DNA of 51,275 nt from Minisyncoccota bacterium (lineage in GTDB: Bacteria > Patescibacteriota > Minisyncoccia > Minisyncoccales > JAQTVQ01): positions 1 through 51,275 of the forward strand of contig JBBABZ010000005.1 of the NCBI GenBank assembly GCA_041657385.1, read 5' to 3'. This document shows positions 40,493 through 50,919 of this stretch, piece by piece. Position 1 is the stretch's first letter. Each line of letters opens with the position of its first letter. The position numbers were made by a program, and so were the translations under genes. The notes below the pieces were generated by a model. The model was not told the origin of the DNA. It searched no databases and worked only from the letters and a program-made list of their open reading frames with translations.

Positions 40493-40951
40493 ATGATTTC
40501 TTTTCTTTTTAAAATAGCGAACATCGCCAGGAAGATCTACTGGAAAATTTTCAAGCCAAAAAGTGTTGGGGTAAGAGTTTTGGTTAAAAAAGAAGAAAGT
40601 ATTTTGTTAGTTAAGCACCATTATTGTAAAAGTTTTTATTTGCCAGGCGGCGGCGTTAAAAAAGGGGAAGCGCCGATGGAAGCGGCAAGAAGGGAGCTAT
40701 CGGAAGAGTGCGGGTTATTTTTAAAGAATTTTAAGCTATTAGGGAAATACTTGAACGATTATGAGGGCAAGAAGGATGATATTTTTTTGTTTTTGGCTAA
40801 AACTGAAAGGGAAGAAGGGTTGAAACCGGGGTTAGAGATAGAATCCTGCAACTATTTTCCTCTTGATCTATTGCCTGCAGATCTCTCTCCCGGAACCGCG
40901 CGGAGAATAGAAGAATATAGAAATAAAAAATTCAATGGAGGCGTTTGGTAA
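40493..40951 (+). CDS. NUDIX hydrolase
   Basis: Nudix box GGGVKKGEAPMEAARRELSEECG. Confidence 0.85.
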   Translation: MISFLFKIANIARKIYWKIFKPKSVGVRVLVKKEESILLVKHHYCKSFYLPGGGVKKGEAPMEAARRELSEECGLFLKNFKLLGKYLNDYEGKKDDIFLFLAKTEREEGLKPGLEIESCNYFPLDLLPADLSPGTARRIEEYRNKKFNGGVW

Positions 40952-41105
40952 TTTTTAAAATTAAATGTGGAAAACAAAATCTGGCAACAAAGACAAGAAA
41001 AAGATATAATAAATTAATTTTAGAGATAATAAATAGACATTTTCAGCTTTGAGGCCAAGGCCGGAAATTTTTATAACGGTTTGATAAGAATAAAATCAAT
41101 TAAAT

Positions 41106-41846
41106 ATGGAGCCTAAAAAAATCTATTTGTCGGTAATCGTTCCAGCGTATAACGAGGAAAAAAGGATACCTAAAACTTTGACGGAAATAAACAGTTACCT
41201 ACAAAAACAGCCCTATGAATCGGAGGTTATCGTTGTAAGCGATGGATCAAGCGACAGGACCATTGATGTGGTTAGGGGTTTTTCCAGCCAAATTAAAAAT
41301 TTGGGAGTGATCGCTATGCCGGAAAGGCAGGGAAAAGGATTTGGGGTAAAGCAGGGTATGCTTAAAGCAAAAGGGGAATACAGGGTATTCACAGATGCCG
41401 ATAACTCTACGCCTATCCAGGAAGTGGAAAAGTTTTGGCCGGAATTTAAAAATGGCTACGATGTTGTCATCGGTTCTCGCGACATTAAAGGCGCCGATAT
41501 AGCAGTTCCTCAGCCTTTTTTCAGGCGATTTTTAGGTAATGGTTTTAATCTTTTGGTGCAAATCATTTTAGGCCTTTATGGGATTTGGGACACTCAATGC
41601 GGGTTTAAGGGTTTTAGCGCCAAAGCGGCGGAAGAGATTTTTTCTGTCAGCGTGATCAAGCATTTCGGTTTTGATCCGGAAGTTTTGGCTATTGCCAAAA
41701 AGAGAGGATATAAGATCAAGGAAGTGCCGATTCGCTGGCTGAACGATACTGAAAGCAAAGTGAAGATGAGCCATACTATCAAAATGTTTACGGAAGTCTT
41801 GACCACTAGAAAAAATATGTGGCTGGGAAAATACGATAAAAAATAA
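41106..41846 (+). CDS. Family 2 glycosyltransferase (polyprenyl-phosphate sugar synthase / GtrB-like)
   Basis: LSVIVPAYNEEKRIPKTL...VVSDGSSDRT...FTDADNS (DxD region). Followed by a GtrA-family gene. Confidence 0.8.
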   Translation: MEPKKIYLSVIVPAYNEEKRIPKTLTEINSYLQKQPYESEVIVVSDGSSDRTIDVVRGFSSQIKNLGVIAMPERQGKGFGVKQGMLKAKGEYRVFTDADNSTPIQEVEKFWPEFKNGYDVVIGSRDIKGADIAVPQPFFRRFLGNGFNLLVQIILGLYGIWDTQCGFKGFSAKAAEEIFSVSVIKHFGFDPEVLAIAKKRGYKIKEVPIRWLNDTESKVKMSHTIKMFTEVLTTRKNMWLGKYDKK

Positions 41847-41904
41847 CTTTTAACTTCCGCTTTTGTCTTGTTTCTTTTAAGATCGGCGGAAATTTATTTA
41901 AAAT

Positions 41905-42573
41905 ATGGAAATAGGCCAATCCAAGGCTAAAGCCGTTTGGAAAAGAAGCGATTTGATAGCTATTCTAATAATTGGCGAGCTGGTAGCTTGGCTGGCTTTC
42001 GCTATCCTTCAAAATGCCAGAAATGATCTCTTTTTCTATCCCGGCTTGCTTAAATTTTTTGGATCAGCCTTAAACATAGGGTTGCTCATGGCTCTATTCG
42101 TCCCTTTGGCCGCTTTAGCTTGTTTATATGCAGCGTATCTTTTGGGCCAAAAAATGCCGGTGATATTCCAGGTTGCCAAATTTATTTCCGTTGGAGTTTT
42201 GAATACTTTAATAGATTGGGGAATTTTGACCATACAAGTGATCATGACCGGAATTAATGCGGGGCTTGGATATGGAATATTCAAATCAGTTTCATTCTCA
42301 GCCGCCGTTTTTAATAGTTTTATTTGGAATAAGTGCTGGACTTTTAAAAAGAATGATACCGGCAAGACCCAGCAAGAGCTTTTGCAATTTCTTTTGTTAA
42401 GCCTTGTAGGATTTTGCATTAATGTCGGAGTAGCTTCTTTTGTAGTTGATGTTGTCGGTCCCCAGGGAGGAATTTCGCGCAATCTTTGGGCGACGGTTGG
42501 AGGAGCGGCCGCCACAATGTTTTCAATGGTTTGGGACTTTGTCGTTTATAAATTCATTGTTTTTAAAAAATAG
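41905..42573 (+). CDS. GtrA-family membrane protein (N-terminally extended)
   Basis: KFISVGVLNTLIDWGIL ... FIWNKCWTFK ... WDFVVYKFIVF are typical GtrA motifs. About 6 TM. Confidence 0.75.
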   Translation: MEIGQSKAKAVWKRSDLIAILIIGELVAWLAFAILQNARNDLFFYPGLLKFFGSALNIGLLMALFVPLAALACLYAAYLLGQKMPVIFQVAKFISVGVLNTLIDWGILTIQVIMTGINAGLGYGIFKSVSFSAAVFNSFIWNKCWTFKKNDTGKTQQELLQFLLLSLVGFCINVGVASFVVDVVGPQGGISRNLWATVGGAAATMFSMVWDFVVYKFIVFKK

Positions 42574-42587
42574 CTTCCGATCGGAAA

Positions 42588-43712
42588 ATGCCAAAAGAAA
42601 TTTACGCTATCGCCACCTTGGTCGCCAGTATCGTCGGAGTCGGTATTTTTTCTTTGCCTTACATCGCGGCCCAAGTCGGACTGTTCACGATGCTCGGATA
42701 TTTTTTGATTTTGGGAGGAGTGATGTTTTTTCTCTATTTGATGTTCGCGGAAGTGTCTTTAGTCACGCCCGATTATAAAAGGCTGCCCGGATTTGCCGAA
42801 TATCATCTTGGCCCGCTGGCTAAAAAAATAGCCCTGGGCTCAATGATCATAAGCTCGCTTGGTTCGATCTTGGCTTATCTGATTGTAGGAGGGCAATTTT
42901 TGTCAGGCATTCTTGATCCGATCTTTAAGATCGGCAACGGCGACAGTTCAGTTTTTTATACCTTTCTTTATTGGCTGATCGGGACAGCCTTGATCTTTTT
43001 AGGGATCAAAACCATCGCGAAAATAGAATTTTGGGGATTTATTTTATTCTTTGTCGTTTTGGCGATCCTTTTCTTTTTTGGCCTTCCTTTTATAAAATTA
43101 AGCAACCTGATGGTTAAAACAGGCGATTTAAGCAGTTTGTTTTTGCCTTATGGCGCAATCGTTTTTTCTTTGTGGGGGATCGATATGATCCCGGAAGTAG
43201 AGGAGATGCTGGGCAGGCACAACAAGAAAAATCTTTTGAAAAAAGTTATAGTTATATCGCTTTTACTGACTTTGGCAATTTATTTTTTCTTTATATTTTT
43301 GACTTTGGCGATAGCGGGTGCCAACGTTAACGATTCCGCGATCGCTTCTTTGCGCGATATAGTTGGGCCGGCGGCGGTGACCTTTGGCTTTATTTTTGGG
43401 TTGATAGCTACCTTCACTTCTTTCATCACTAGCGGATTGACTTTGAAAAAGGTCTTACATTACGACCTCAAGATCAGCAAGATCGTTTCTTTCGGGCTGA
43501 CTTGCTTTATTCCGCTGATCGTTTTTTTGATAGGGGTCCAGCAATTCATTCCGGTCATTTCCTTGGTTGGCGGCACAATGATGGGAGTTAACGGGTTGTT
43601 GATCCTGGCAATGTATAATAAGATCAAGCCTCAAAAAAAATGGCTGATGTTTCCATTGATAACGTTATTGATGGCAGGGATGATATTTGAGATAATTTAT
43701 TTCATTAAATAG
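42588..43712 (+). CDS. Amino-acid permease-like transporter (aromatic amino acid / Aa_trans-like)
   Basis: 374 aa with about 11 TM. N-terminal LVASIVGVGIFSLPYIAAQVG resembles the amino-acid transporter signature. Confidence 0.6.
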   Translation: MPKEIYAIATLVASIVGVGIFSLPYIAAQVGLFTMLGYFLILGGVMFFLYLMFAEVSLVTPDYKRLPGFAEYHLGPLAKKIALGSMIISSLGSILAYLIVGGQFLSGILDPIFKIGNGDSSVFYTFLYWLIGTALIFLGIKTIAKIEFWGFILFFVVLAILFFFGLPFIKLSNLMVKTGDLSSLFLPYGAIVFSLWGIDMIPEVEEMLGRHNKKNLLKKVIVISLLLTLAIYFFFIFLTLAIAGANVNDSAIASLRDIVGPAAVTFGFIFGLIATFTSFITSGLTLKKVLHYDLKISKIVSFGLTCFIPLIVFLIGVQQFIPVISLVGGTMMGVNGLLILAMYNKIKPQKKWLMFPLITLLMAGMIFEIIYFIK

Positions 43713-43733
43713 TAAAATAGTTTTTATATCTGC

Positions 43734-44708
43734 ATGATAGCTTTATTTTATATTTTGGCGGTTATAGTTTGCTGCGTTTTGCTTTTTTTGTCTGCGGAAT
43801 TGCTTATCGGCGCGATAAATAGGATCGCTAAATTTTTAGGATTAAAAGAATTTGTGGTGGCCTTTTTTGTCATGGCCGTAGCCGGTTCTTTGCCTAATCT
43901 CTTTGTGGATGTTTCTGCCGCTTTGCGGGGCATGCCTGAATTGGCTTTCGGCGAGGTGGTGGGAGGCAATGTTTTTGATCTGACAGTGACCGCGGCTTTA
44001 GCGGTGCTGTTTTCCCGCAATGGAATTCCGGCAAGGGGCGGAACTATTCAGACTTCGGCTATTTTTACTATTATTTCAGCTATTCTGCCTTTGGCCTTGA
44101 TCATAGACGGGAATCTTTCACAAATAGACGGAATGATCCTTATCTCTTTCTTTATTTTTTATATAATTTGGCTTTTCTCTAAAAAAGAAAGATTTACCAA
44201 AATTTATGACGGGCAGGAAAAATTATCGCCCTTAAAAGCTTTTAAAGTTTTTATTGCTGACTTGGGAAAAGTTATCCTGGGTTTGATCTCTCTTCTTATC
44301 GCTTCAAATTTAATCGTAGAAGCGGTCAGCGATTTTTCCTCGCAGTTCAATTTCCCAGTCGCCCTGATCGGAGTTTTAATAGTCGGCTTAGGCAATTCAT
44401 TGCCAGAACTTTATTTTTCAACTACTTCGGCGCGTAAAGGAGAGACAAGCTTGATCTTTGGAGATTTGATGGGCGCGGTTATAATTCCCGCTACGCTGGT
44501 TTTGGGAATAGTAGCGCTGATCCGTCCTTTTTCTATTTCTGATTTTTCTCTTTACGCCTTGGCTAGGACCGCAATGCTTATTTCAGCCCTTTTATTTTTA
44601 GTTTTCATCCGAACTGATCGGAGAATCACTAAAAAAGAAGCCGTCGGGCTTCTGGCGGTTTATGTGATTTGGCTTTTAGCGGAAGTATTTAAAAATTACC
44701 GCGCTTAG
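43734..44708 (+). CDS. Ca2+/Na+ antiporter (CaCA / YrbG family)
   Basis: Two alpha-repeats: GEVVGGNVFDLTV and GLGNSLPELYFS...GDLMGAVI. Confidence 0.8.
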   Translation: MIALFYILAVIVCCVLLFLSAELLIGAINRIAKFLGLKEFVVAFFVMAVAGSLPNLFVDVSAALRGMPELAFGEVVGGNVFDLTVTAALAVLFSRNGIPARGGTIQTSAIFTIISAILPLALIIDGNLSQIDGMILISFFIFYIIWLFSKKERFTKIYDGQEKLSPLKAFKVFIADLGKVILGLISLLIASNLIVEAVSDFSSQFNFPVALIGVLIVGLGNSLPELYFSTTSARKGETSLIFGDLMGAVIIPATLVLGIVALIRPFSISDFSLYALARTAMLISALLFLVFIRTDRRITKKEAVGLLAVYVIWLLAEVFKNYRA

Positions 44709-46669
44709 TCGAGATTTTTTTTGAGATTTTCGATTTCTTCTTTTATTTCAGCCGCTTTTTCAAACTGGAGATTGCGGCGGGCCATATCAAGCATCAAACT
44801 AAGGCGCTTTAAATGTTCCTTCAAGAATTCTTTATTAGGCAGGTGCTCTTTGCCTTCTTCTTCATCTTTTTTACCCATTCCTGAAAGAGAATCTTTAATC
44901 GAAGTGATAATAGAGGCGGGATCAACTTTGTGGGCTTTATTGTAGGCTTTTTGGATCTTGCGTCGTTTGGTTGTTTCGCTGATAGCTCGTTTCATCGACC
45001 CGGTGATGTTATCGGCATACATGATGATCTTTCCTTCCGGGTGGCGGGAAGCGCGGCCCATAATTTGGATCAGCGAAGTTTCGTCGCGCAGAAAGCCCTC
45101 TTTGTCGGCATCTAAAATTGCGATCAGGGAAACCTCGGGCAAATCCAATCCTTCTCTTAAAAGATTGATGCCTACCAGCACATCGAATTTTCCTTTGCGT
45201 AAATTAGCCAATATTTTCGGCCGTTCCAAGGTTTTAACCTCGGAATGGATATATTCGGCCTTGATTTTGGTTTCTTTGAAATATTGGGAAAGCGCCTCGG
45301 CCATTTTTTTAGTTAAAGTTAAAACTAAAACTCTTTGGTCTTTTTCTTTGCGTTTAGCTATTTCGGCCATCAAATCTTTTATTTGGTTTTCGGAAGGTTT
45401 TATTTCTATTTCCGGGTCCAAAAGATAGGTCGGGCGGATGATCTGTTCTGCTATCTTCGCGGAATGCTGGCGTTCAAAAATATTGGGCGTGGCTGAAACG
45501 AAAATAGTCGTGCCTGTTTTTCCCATAAACTCGTCGAATTTCAGCGGCCGGTTATCCAAAGCCGACGGTAGGCGGAAGCCGTAATCGATCAAGGTTTTTT
45601 TGCGCGAGCGGTCGCCTTCGTTCATGCCGCGGACCTGCGGAATGGTCATGTGGGACTCGTCAAGGAACAATAAATGATCTTTAGGAAAATAGTCCATCAA
45701 GGTGTAGGGCGGCTCTCCCTTGGGCCGTTTTTCAAAATAGCGGGAATAGTTTTCAATGCCATGGCACCAGCCGGTTTCGCGCAGCATGGCCATATCATAT
45801 TCTGTCCGGCGCTGCAATCTTTCGGCTTCCAGCAGTTTTTTTCCGTCTTTCAATTTTTCAGTTTGTTCTTTCAGCTCTTCTTCGATGTCTTTCAAAGATG
45901 CTTTTATTTTTTCTTTTTCACTGATCCAGAATTTGGCCGGCCAAACTTCCAGCTGATTTTGGGGAGTAAAAGCTCCCAAGGGAACCTCGCCGATCCAAAG
46001 ATTTTTTATTTTTCCGCTTTCTATCTCAAATCTTAAAATCTGGTCTTTACCCAAAGTCCAGACATCAATAAAGGCGCCTCTGACGCGGAAGTTGCCGCGC
46101 CAAAGTTCGTAGTCGTTTCTGGCGTATTGCAAATTGAGCAATTGGCCGATCAATTCGTCATGGCTAAGTTCCTGGCCTTTTTTGAATATCAAAGAAAATT
46201 TTTGGTAAGTTTCGGGCGATCCCAAGCCGTAAATGCAAGAGACCGAAGCCACAACTAAAACATCTTTGCGTCCGATGAGCGATTGGACCGCTTCGTGGCG
46301 CATCCGGTCTATTTCCTGGTTGATTTTGGCGTCCTTATTAATATAAGTATCGGTTTGGGGAAGATATGATTCAGGCTGATAATAATCGTAGTAGGAAACA
46401 AAATAAGAAACGGCATTATTCGGGAAAAAGGCTTTAAACTCTTCGTAAAGCTGGGCGCACAAAGTTTTGTTAGGAGAAACAACCAAAGTCGGCCGCTGGA
46501 TCTTTTGGATCACATTGGCCATGGTAAAAGTTTTGCCCGATCCGGTTACGCCCAAAAGCGTCTGGAATTGGTTTCCGGATTTAATACTGGACACCAGCTC
46601 TTTAATGGCTTTGGGCTGGTCGCCGCGCGGTTCAAATTTGGAGATGAGTTCAAATTTATTCTTGTTCAT
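44705..46669 (-). CDS. uvrB: Excinuclease ABC subunit B
   Basis: FELISKFEPRGDQPKAI...GVTGSGKTF, helicase motifs, beta-hairpin region and a C-terminal UVR coiled coil (LQFEKAAEIKEEIENLKK). Confidence 0.95.
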   Translation of the reverse strand: MNKNKFELISKFEPRGDQPKAIKELVSSIKSGNQFQTLLGVTGSGKTFTMANVIQKIQRPTLVVSPNKTLCAQLYEEFKAFFPNNAVSYFVSYYDYYQPESYLPQTDTYINKDAKINQEIDRMRHEAVQSLIGRKDVLVVASVSCIYGLGSPETYQKFSLIFKKGQELSHDELIGQLLNLQYARNDYELWRGNFRVRGAFIDVWTLGKDQILRFEIESGKIKNLWIGEVPLGAFTPQNQLEVWPAKFWISEKEKIKASLKDIEEELKEQTEKLKDGKKLLEAERLQRRTEYDMAMLRETGWCHGIENYSRYFEKRPKGEPPYTLMDYFPKDHLLFLDESHMTIPQVRGMNEGDRSRKKTLIDYGFRLPSALDNRPLKFDEFMGKTGTTIFVSATPNIFERQHSAKIAEQIIRPTYLLDPEIEIKPSENQIKDLMAEIAKRKEKDQRVLVLTLTKKMAEALSQYFKETKIKAEYIHSEVKTLERPKILANLRKGKFDVLVGINLLREGLDLPEVSLIAILDADKEGFLRDETSLIQIMGRASRHPEGKIIMYADNITGSMKRAISETTKRRKIQKAYNKAHKVDPASIITSIKDSLSGMGKKDEEEGKEHLPNKEFLKEHLKRLSLMLDMARRNLQFEKAAEIKEEIENLKKNLD

Positions 46670-47739
46670 ATCTTAAGAGATTTTATCCGGCGTTTTTTTT
46701 GAAAAGTAATGGCGAAGCGGTGGGCTTCATCGCGAGTTTGCAGAAATAAATTTCTTAGTTTTTCCGGGAATCTTTTCAAGTAGACAGGATCCTTGGAAAA
46801 TAGGGAGAATATTTTATCCCGGCCGAATTTACCTAGGCTTCTTTCTTTAGATATGGCTAAAACAGGGATTCCGATATTTTTTACCGCCTTCAGTTGGGGC
46901 TTACCGCCGTCGACTAATATTAAGTCTGGCGTTTTCCATTCCGGATGGCCCAGCCTGCGATCGATGATTTCTTTAAGCGATCCGACATCATTTTGGCCTT
47001 CAATGGTTTTGATCTTGAACAAACGGTAATCGGACGGTTTCTTTTTGCCGTTTTCGAAAACCACCATCGAGCCGGTTGCCATTGTGCCGGAGAGGTTCGA
47101 AATATCATAACCTTCCAGCCGTTTATTTTTTTCAGCGTAAAATTCCAGCAAAGTTTTCAAAACAGCAACCATCTCATTATACTTCTTTTTTTGCCGTTTA
47201 TTTATACAGGGAGCGGGGCAGAGTTTTAAGTCGGCGTAAAGGCAAGGCTTTTTCGGCAAATTGCGGCAGGTGCGATAGGGCAGGATCTTTCGAATATCTT
47301 TTAAAAATCTTTTCAGTTCCGTGCCGGAAATAAAAGGGCCGACAGGGTCAAGGTTTTCTTTTTGCGCCCGATGGGTAATGGCTAGGCGGGGAAAGTCTTC
47401 CTTGGTAAAACCGACAGAGGAGTAGTTCTTGTCGTCACGCCATTCGATATTATATTTCGGCATGAATTTTTTGATCAAATCGTTTTCCAGGATTAGCGCT
47501 TCTTTTTCATCGCGGCATTTAATGAAATCAATATCAGCCACCTGATCGTAAAAATCAAAGCGGACATCTTTTCTCCTTTGAAAATGGGAGCTTATCCTTT
47601 TTTTGAGGTTCTTGGCTTTGCCAACATAAATGATCCGTTCGCTTTGGTCTTTGAACAGGTAAACAGCCGGATCAGCCGGCAAATTTTTAATAGTTTCTTT
47701 GATGTCAGAAGGCATATAAGCTAAAGCCAACAATATCAT
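46666..47739 (-). CDS. uvrC: Excinuclease ABC subunit C, compact form (357 aa)
   Basis: GIY-YIG (AVYLFKDQSERIIYVGKAKNLKKRISSH), Cys-rich linker (YRTCRNLPKKPCLYADLKLCPAPC) and an Endo-V/RNase-H-like domain (RLEGYDISNLSGTMATGSMVVF...YRLFKIK). I cannot find a UVR motif or a C-terminal (HhH)2. 4-nt overlap with uvrB. Confidence 0.8.
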   Translation of the reverse strand: MILLALAYMPSDIKETIKNLPADPAVYLFKDQSERIIYVGKAKNLKKRISSHFQRRKDVRFDFYDQVADIDFIKCRDEKEALILENDLIKKFMPKYNIEWRDDKNYSSVGFTKEDFPRLAITHRAQKENLDPVGPFISGTELKRFLKDIRKILPYRTCRNLPKKPCLYADLKLCPAPCINKRQKKKYNEMVAVLKTLLEFYAEKNKRLEGYDISNLSGTMATGSMVVFENGKKKPSDYRLFKIKTIEGQNDVGSLKEIIDRRLGHPEWKTPDLILVDGGKPQLKAVKNIGIPVLAISKERSLGKFGRDKIFSLFSKDPVYLKRFPEKLRNLFLQTRDEAHRFAITFQKKRRIKSLKI

Positions 47740-47805
47740 TTTAACCAGTCCCTTTCAATAAAAGATAAACCTTTCCGATGGTATAGCTTTGAGGTAGATT
47801 GCAGC

Positions 47806-47834
47806 TTCCAAATTTGGTCGATTTATGCTAAAAT
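47806..47834 (+). promoter_or_regulatory. Possible extended -10 promoter for uvrA
   Basis: TTCCAA, 17-nt spacer, TGcTAAAAT (47826-34). The about 120-nt leader carries mutually exclusive GC-rich hairpins at 47904-47943. Confidence 0.35.
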
Positions 47835-47958
47835 TTCAAGTTCGTCACAAGTATTTTTTAAATTTATTGTTAAAGTTTAGTAGGTTTTGTCTGTGTTGGG
47901 CGGGCTTCGTCTTGCCGAAGCTCCGCACAACGGAGCGAAGGCAGATGGTATACAAACT

Positions 47959-50850
47959 ATGGAAAAAGATTTTATCGAGCTTACCAAAGTTAAGGTTCAT
48001 AACCTTAAAAATATCAGCCTTAAGATTCCCAAAAATAAATTGGTGGTGATTTGCGGTACTTCGGGATCGGGAAAATCGTCATTGGCTTTTGATACTATTT
48101 TTCAAGAGGGCCAGCGCCGATACTTGGAAAGCTTGTCGTCTTACGCCAGGCAGTTTTTGGGCGGGATGAAAAAACCGGATGTTGAAAAAATAGAAGGGCT
48201 GTCGCCGACCGTGGCCGTTGACCAGAAAACCATTTCTTCCAACCCGCGCTCTACTGTCGGAACCTTAACCGAGATCTATGATTATTTAAGATTGCTTTTT
48301 GCTTATGTGGGCAAAGCCTATTGTCCGGCCTGCGGCCGTCCGCTGGCTTCGCAAACGCCCCATCAAATAGCGGACCATATTTATAAGCTGGCAGAGAAAG
48401 GCTGGATCTCTATTTTGGCTCCCGTTGTTATCGGCAAAAAAGGCGAGCACAAAGGGACCATTGAGGAAATTTTTCAGGAAGGCTGGCCGCAGGTCAGAAT
48501 AGATGGAATTACTTATCCTATTTCCGAGGCCCGCGAGAAAAGTTTTGATAAAAATAAATTCCATAATATTGAAGTTTTAGTTGATCGTGTTTCCCTTATT
48601 GAATACAAAAAAGATCTGGCTGGAGACAAAAAACTAACCAAAAAAGAAAAAGAGGCGATGAATACCAGAAAGAAAAGAGTGGAGTCTTTGCTAAAAGAAA
48701 CCAAAGAGCGTCTTTTGGAATCGGTAAAAAAAGGATTGAGGATCGGCAAAGGGCGGGTGGCTGTCATCTGGATGGAAGGGAAAAAAGAAAAAGAAGAAAT
48801 TTTATCGATCACTTTAACTTGTCCAGCTTGCCAGATTTCTTTTCCGGAAATGGAGCCGAGGCTGTTTTCGTTCAACAGCCCTTACGGCGCTTGCGCTTTA
48901 TGCCAAGGGTTGGGAAAATTGAAAAAAATCGACCCGGATTCTATCGTGAGTCCCGATCTTTCGCTTAATGAGGGTGCGATCATGCCCGGTTTTGCTTTGA
49001 GCCGTTCGATGATGAGGCTCTCCGGCGGTTCTTACCAAAAATTTTCTTTGCAGGAAGCGGCCGATTCAATGGGCTTTTCTTTAGACGAGCCTTTTAAGAA
49101 TTTATCCAAAGATATCCAGGATCTGATCTTATACGGGAACCAGGATTTTTTGCCTGAATATGAAGGAGCGGTCCCGAAAATGGAAAGGTTCTATCGCGAA
49201 ACGGATTCCGATTATGTGCGCAACGAGATCGGGAAATATATGCGCGAGATCGTTTGTCCGGATTGCCACGGCGCACGGTTAAGGCCGGAAGCCTTGGCCG
49301 TTAAGCTGGGAGACAAAAACATGAACGAAGTAACTTTGATGCCGGTCGATGAAGAAAAAATATTTTTTGAAAAATTTATAAAAACCTTGGGCGAGGGCGA
49401 CACGAAAATTGCCGAGCCGTTGATCAACGAAATTTGCAAAAGAATTTCTTTCTTATTGGATGTCGGTGTTGATTACATCAGTTTGTCGCGCGAAGCCGAG
49501 AGCTTGTCCATTGGCGAGAACCAGAGAATCAGGCTGGCTTGCCAGCTGGGTTCGGGTTTGTCCGGCATCATTTATGTTTTGGACGAACCGACTGTGGGAT
49601 TGCATCAGCGCGACACCGACCGCTTGGTTAAAGCTTTGAAAGATCTAGTCAAGATAAACAATACCGTTATTGTCGTTGACCATGATGATATGGTGATCGA
49701 GAATGCCGAATGGATAATTGAGATCGGACCGGGTGCTGGCAGATACGGCGGAGAAGTTGTTTTTGAGGGCGTCTACAGCGACCTGCTAAAATCAAAATCT
49801 TTGACCGGACTATACTTATCAAAAAAACTTTCTACAGCCACTAATTTTTCCAAAAAAGATATTTCTGACGTTAAATGGCTCCAGCTGAAAGGGGCCAGCG
49901 AATTCAATTTAAAAAATGTTGACCTTAAAATTCCCTTGGGCCGTTTTGTTTCCGTGGCTGGAGTTTCCGGATCGGGCAAAAGTACTTTGGTCATTGATAC
50001 TCTTGCCAAAATTTTAGGCAAAGAGTTGAACGGCCAGACAAAAGTTTTTCCCGGAAAATACAAAGAGATCCTTGGCATAGAACAGATCAATAAAGTAGTT
50101 CTGGCCGACCAAAGCCCTATCGGCCGAACACCGCGCTCTAACCCAGCCACTTATACGGGGATATTTAATACGATTCGCGATCTTTTCGCTTACAGTTATC
50201 AGGCCAGATTGAAAGGCTGGGGCCCGGCCTATTTCAGTTTCAATACCAAAAGCGGCCGCTGCCCGGCTTGTAAAGGAGAAGGCTTTAAAAAAGTGGAGAT
50301 GTATTTTCTGCCCGATGTTTATGTGGAATGCGATATCTGCAACGGCCGAAAATTCACGCCTGAAATTTTGAAAGCGGAATACAACGGCAAAAGCATTGCC
50401 GATGTTTTGGATATGAGCGTTGACGAAGCCAGAGCTTTTTTCAGCGACATTCCGCCGATCAAAGATAAGCTGCAATTGCTAATAGACATCGGGTTGGGTT
50501 ATTTGAAGCTTGGCCAAAGCGCTACCACTTTATCAGGCGGAGAAGCCCAAAGAATAAAACTTGCTTATGAGCTGGCGCGCCGCGATACCGGCCAAACAAT
50601 GTATATTCTGGACGAGCCGACCGTTGGTTTGCATTTTGACGATGTCAAAAAACTTTTGATCGTTCTGCGCCGCTTGGTAGAAAAGGGGAATACGGTTTTG
50701 ATCATTGAGCACAATTTGGAAGTTTTAAGGGAATCCGACTGGATCATAGAAGTCGGTCCCGAAGGGGGAGCCAAAGGAGGCAAGATCATCTTTGAAGGCA
50801 ATATCAGCGACCTCCGCAAAGCCACAACCCCCACCGCCAAGTTTCTCTAA
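47959..50850 (+). CDS. uvrA: Excinuclease ABC subunit A
   Basis: From ATG 47959: IELTKVKVHNLKNISLKIPKNKLVVICGTSGSGKSSLAFDTIF. Two ABC modules and zinc-finger Cys clusters (CPACG, CPDCHG, CPACKGEG...CDICNG). Confidence 0.95.
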   Translation: MEKDFIELTKVKVHNLKNISLKIPKNKLVVICGTSGSGKSSLAFDTIFQEGQRRYLESLSSYARQFLGGMKKPDVEKIEGLSPTVAVDQKTISSNPRSTVGTLTEIYDYLRLLFAYVGKAYCPACGRPLASQTPHQIADHIYKLAEKGWISILAPVVIGKKGEHKGTIEEIFQEGWPQVRIDGITYPISEAREKSFDKNKFHNIEVLVDRVSLIEYKKDLAGDKKLTKKEKEAMNTRKKRVESLLKETKERLLESVKKGLRIGKGRVAVIWMEGKKEKEEILSITLTCPACQISFPEMEPRLFSFNSPYGACALCQGLGKLKKIDPDSIVSPDLSLNEGAIMPGFALSRSMMRLSGGSYQKFSLQEAADSMGFSLDEPFKNLSKDIQDLILYGNQDFLPEYEGAVPKMERFYRETDSDYVRNEIGKYMREIVCPDCHGARLRPEALAVKLGDKNMNEVTLMPVDEEKIFFEKFIKTLGEGDTKIAEPLINEICKRISFLLDVGVDYISLSREAESLSIGENQRIRLACQLGSGLSGIIYVLDEPTVGLHQRDTDRLVKALKDLVKINNTVIVVDHDDMVIENAEWIIEIGPGAGRYGGEVVFEGVYSDLLKSKSLTGLYLSKKLSTATNFSKKDISDVKWLQLKGASEFNLKNVDLKIPLGRFVSVAGVSGSGKSTLVIDTLAKILGKELNGQTKVFPGKYKEILGIEQINKVVLADQSPIGRTPRSNPATYTGIFNTIRDLFAYSYQARLKGWGPAYFSFNTKSGRCPACKGEGFKKVEMYFLPDVYVECDICNGRKFTPEILKAEYNGKSIADVLDMSVDEARAFFSDIPPIKDKLQLLIDIGLGYLKLGQSATTLSGGEAQRIKLAYELARRDTGQTMYILDEPTVGLHFDDVKKLLIVLRRLVEKGNTVLIIEHNLEVLRESDWIIEVGPEGGAKGGKIIFEGNISDLRKATTPTAKFL

Positions 50851-50869
50851 TCCAGCCCCAATAAATCCC

Positions 50870-50919
50870 TGTGGATAACCTGGTCGAAGCCGGGCTTCGA
50901 CCAGTATCTCTGTGGATAA
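50870..50919 (+). promoter_or_regulatory. Two perfect TGTGGATAA boxes flanking an 11-bp-stem hairpin
   Basis: Boxes at 50870-78 and 50911-19, both preceded by TC(C/T)C. Hairpin CTGGTCGAAGC-CGG-GCTTCGACCAG at 50880-50904. Confidence 0.6.

Noticed and set aside
47740-47958. An SOS (LexA) operator in the divergent uvrCB / uvrA promoter region.
   Set aside because: I found no CTGT-N8-ACAG or GAAC-N4-GTTC-type palindrome. AGTTCGTCACAAGT is not palindromic. The only structured features are the GC-rich hairpins reported separately.
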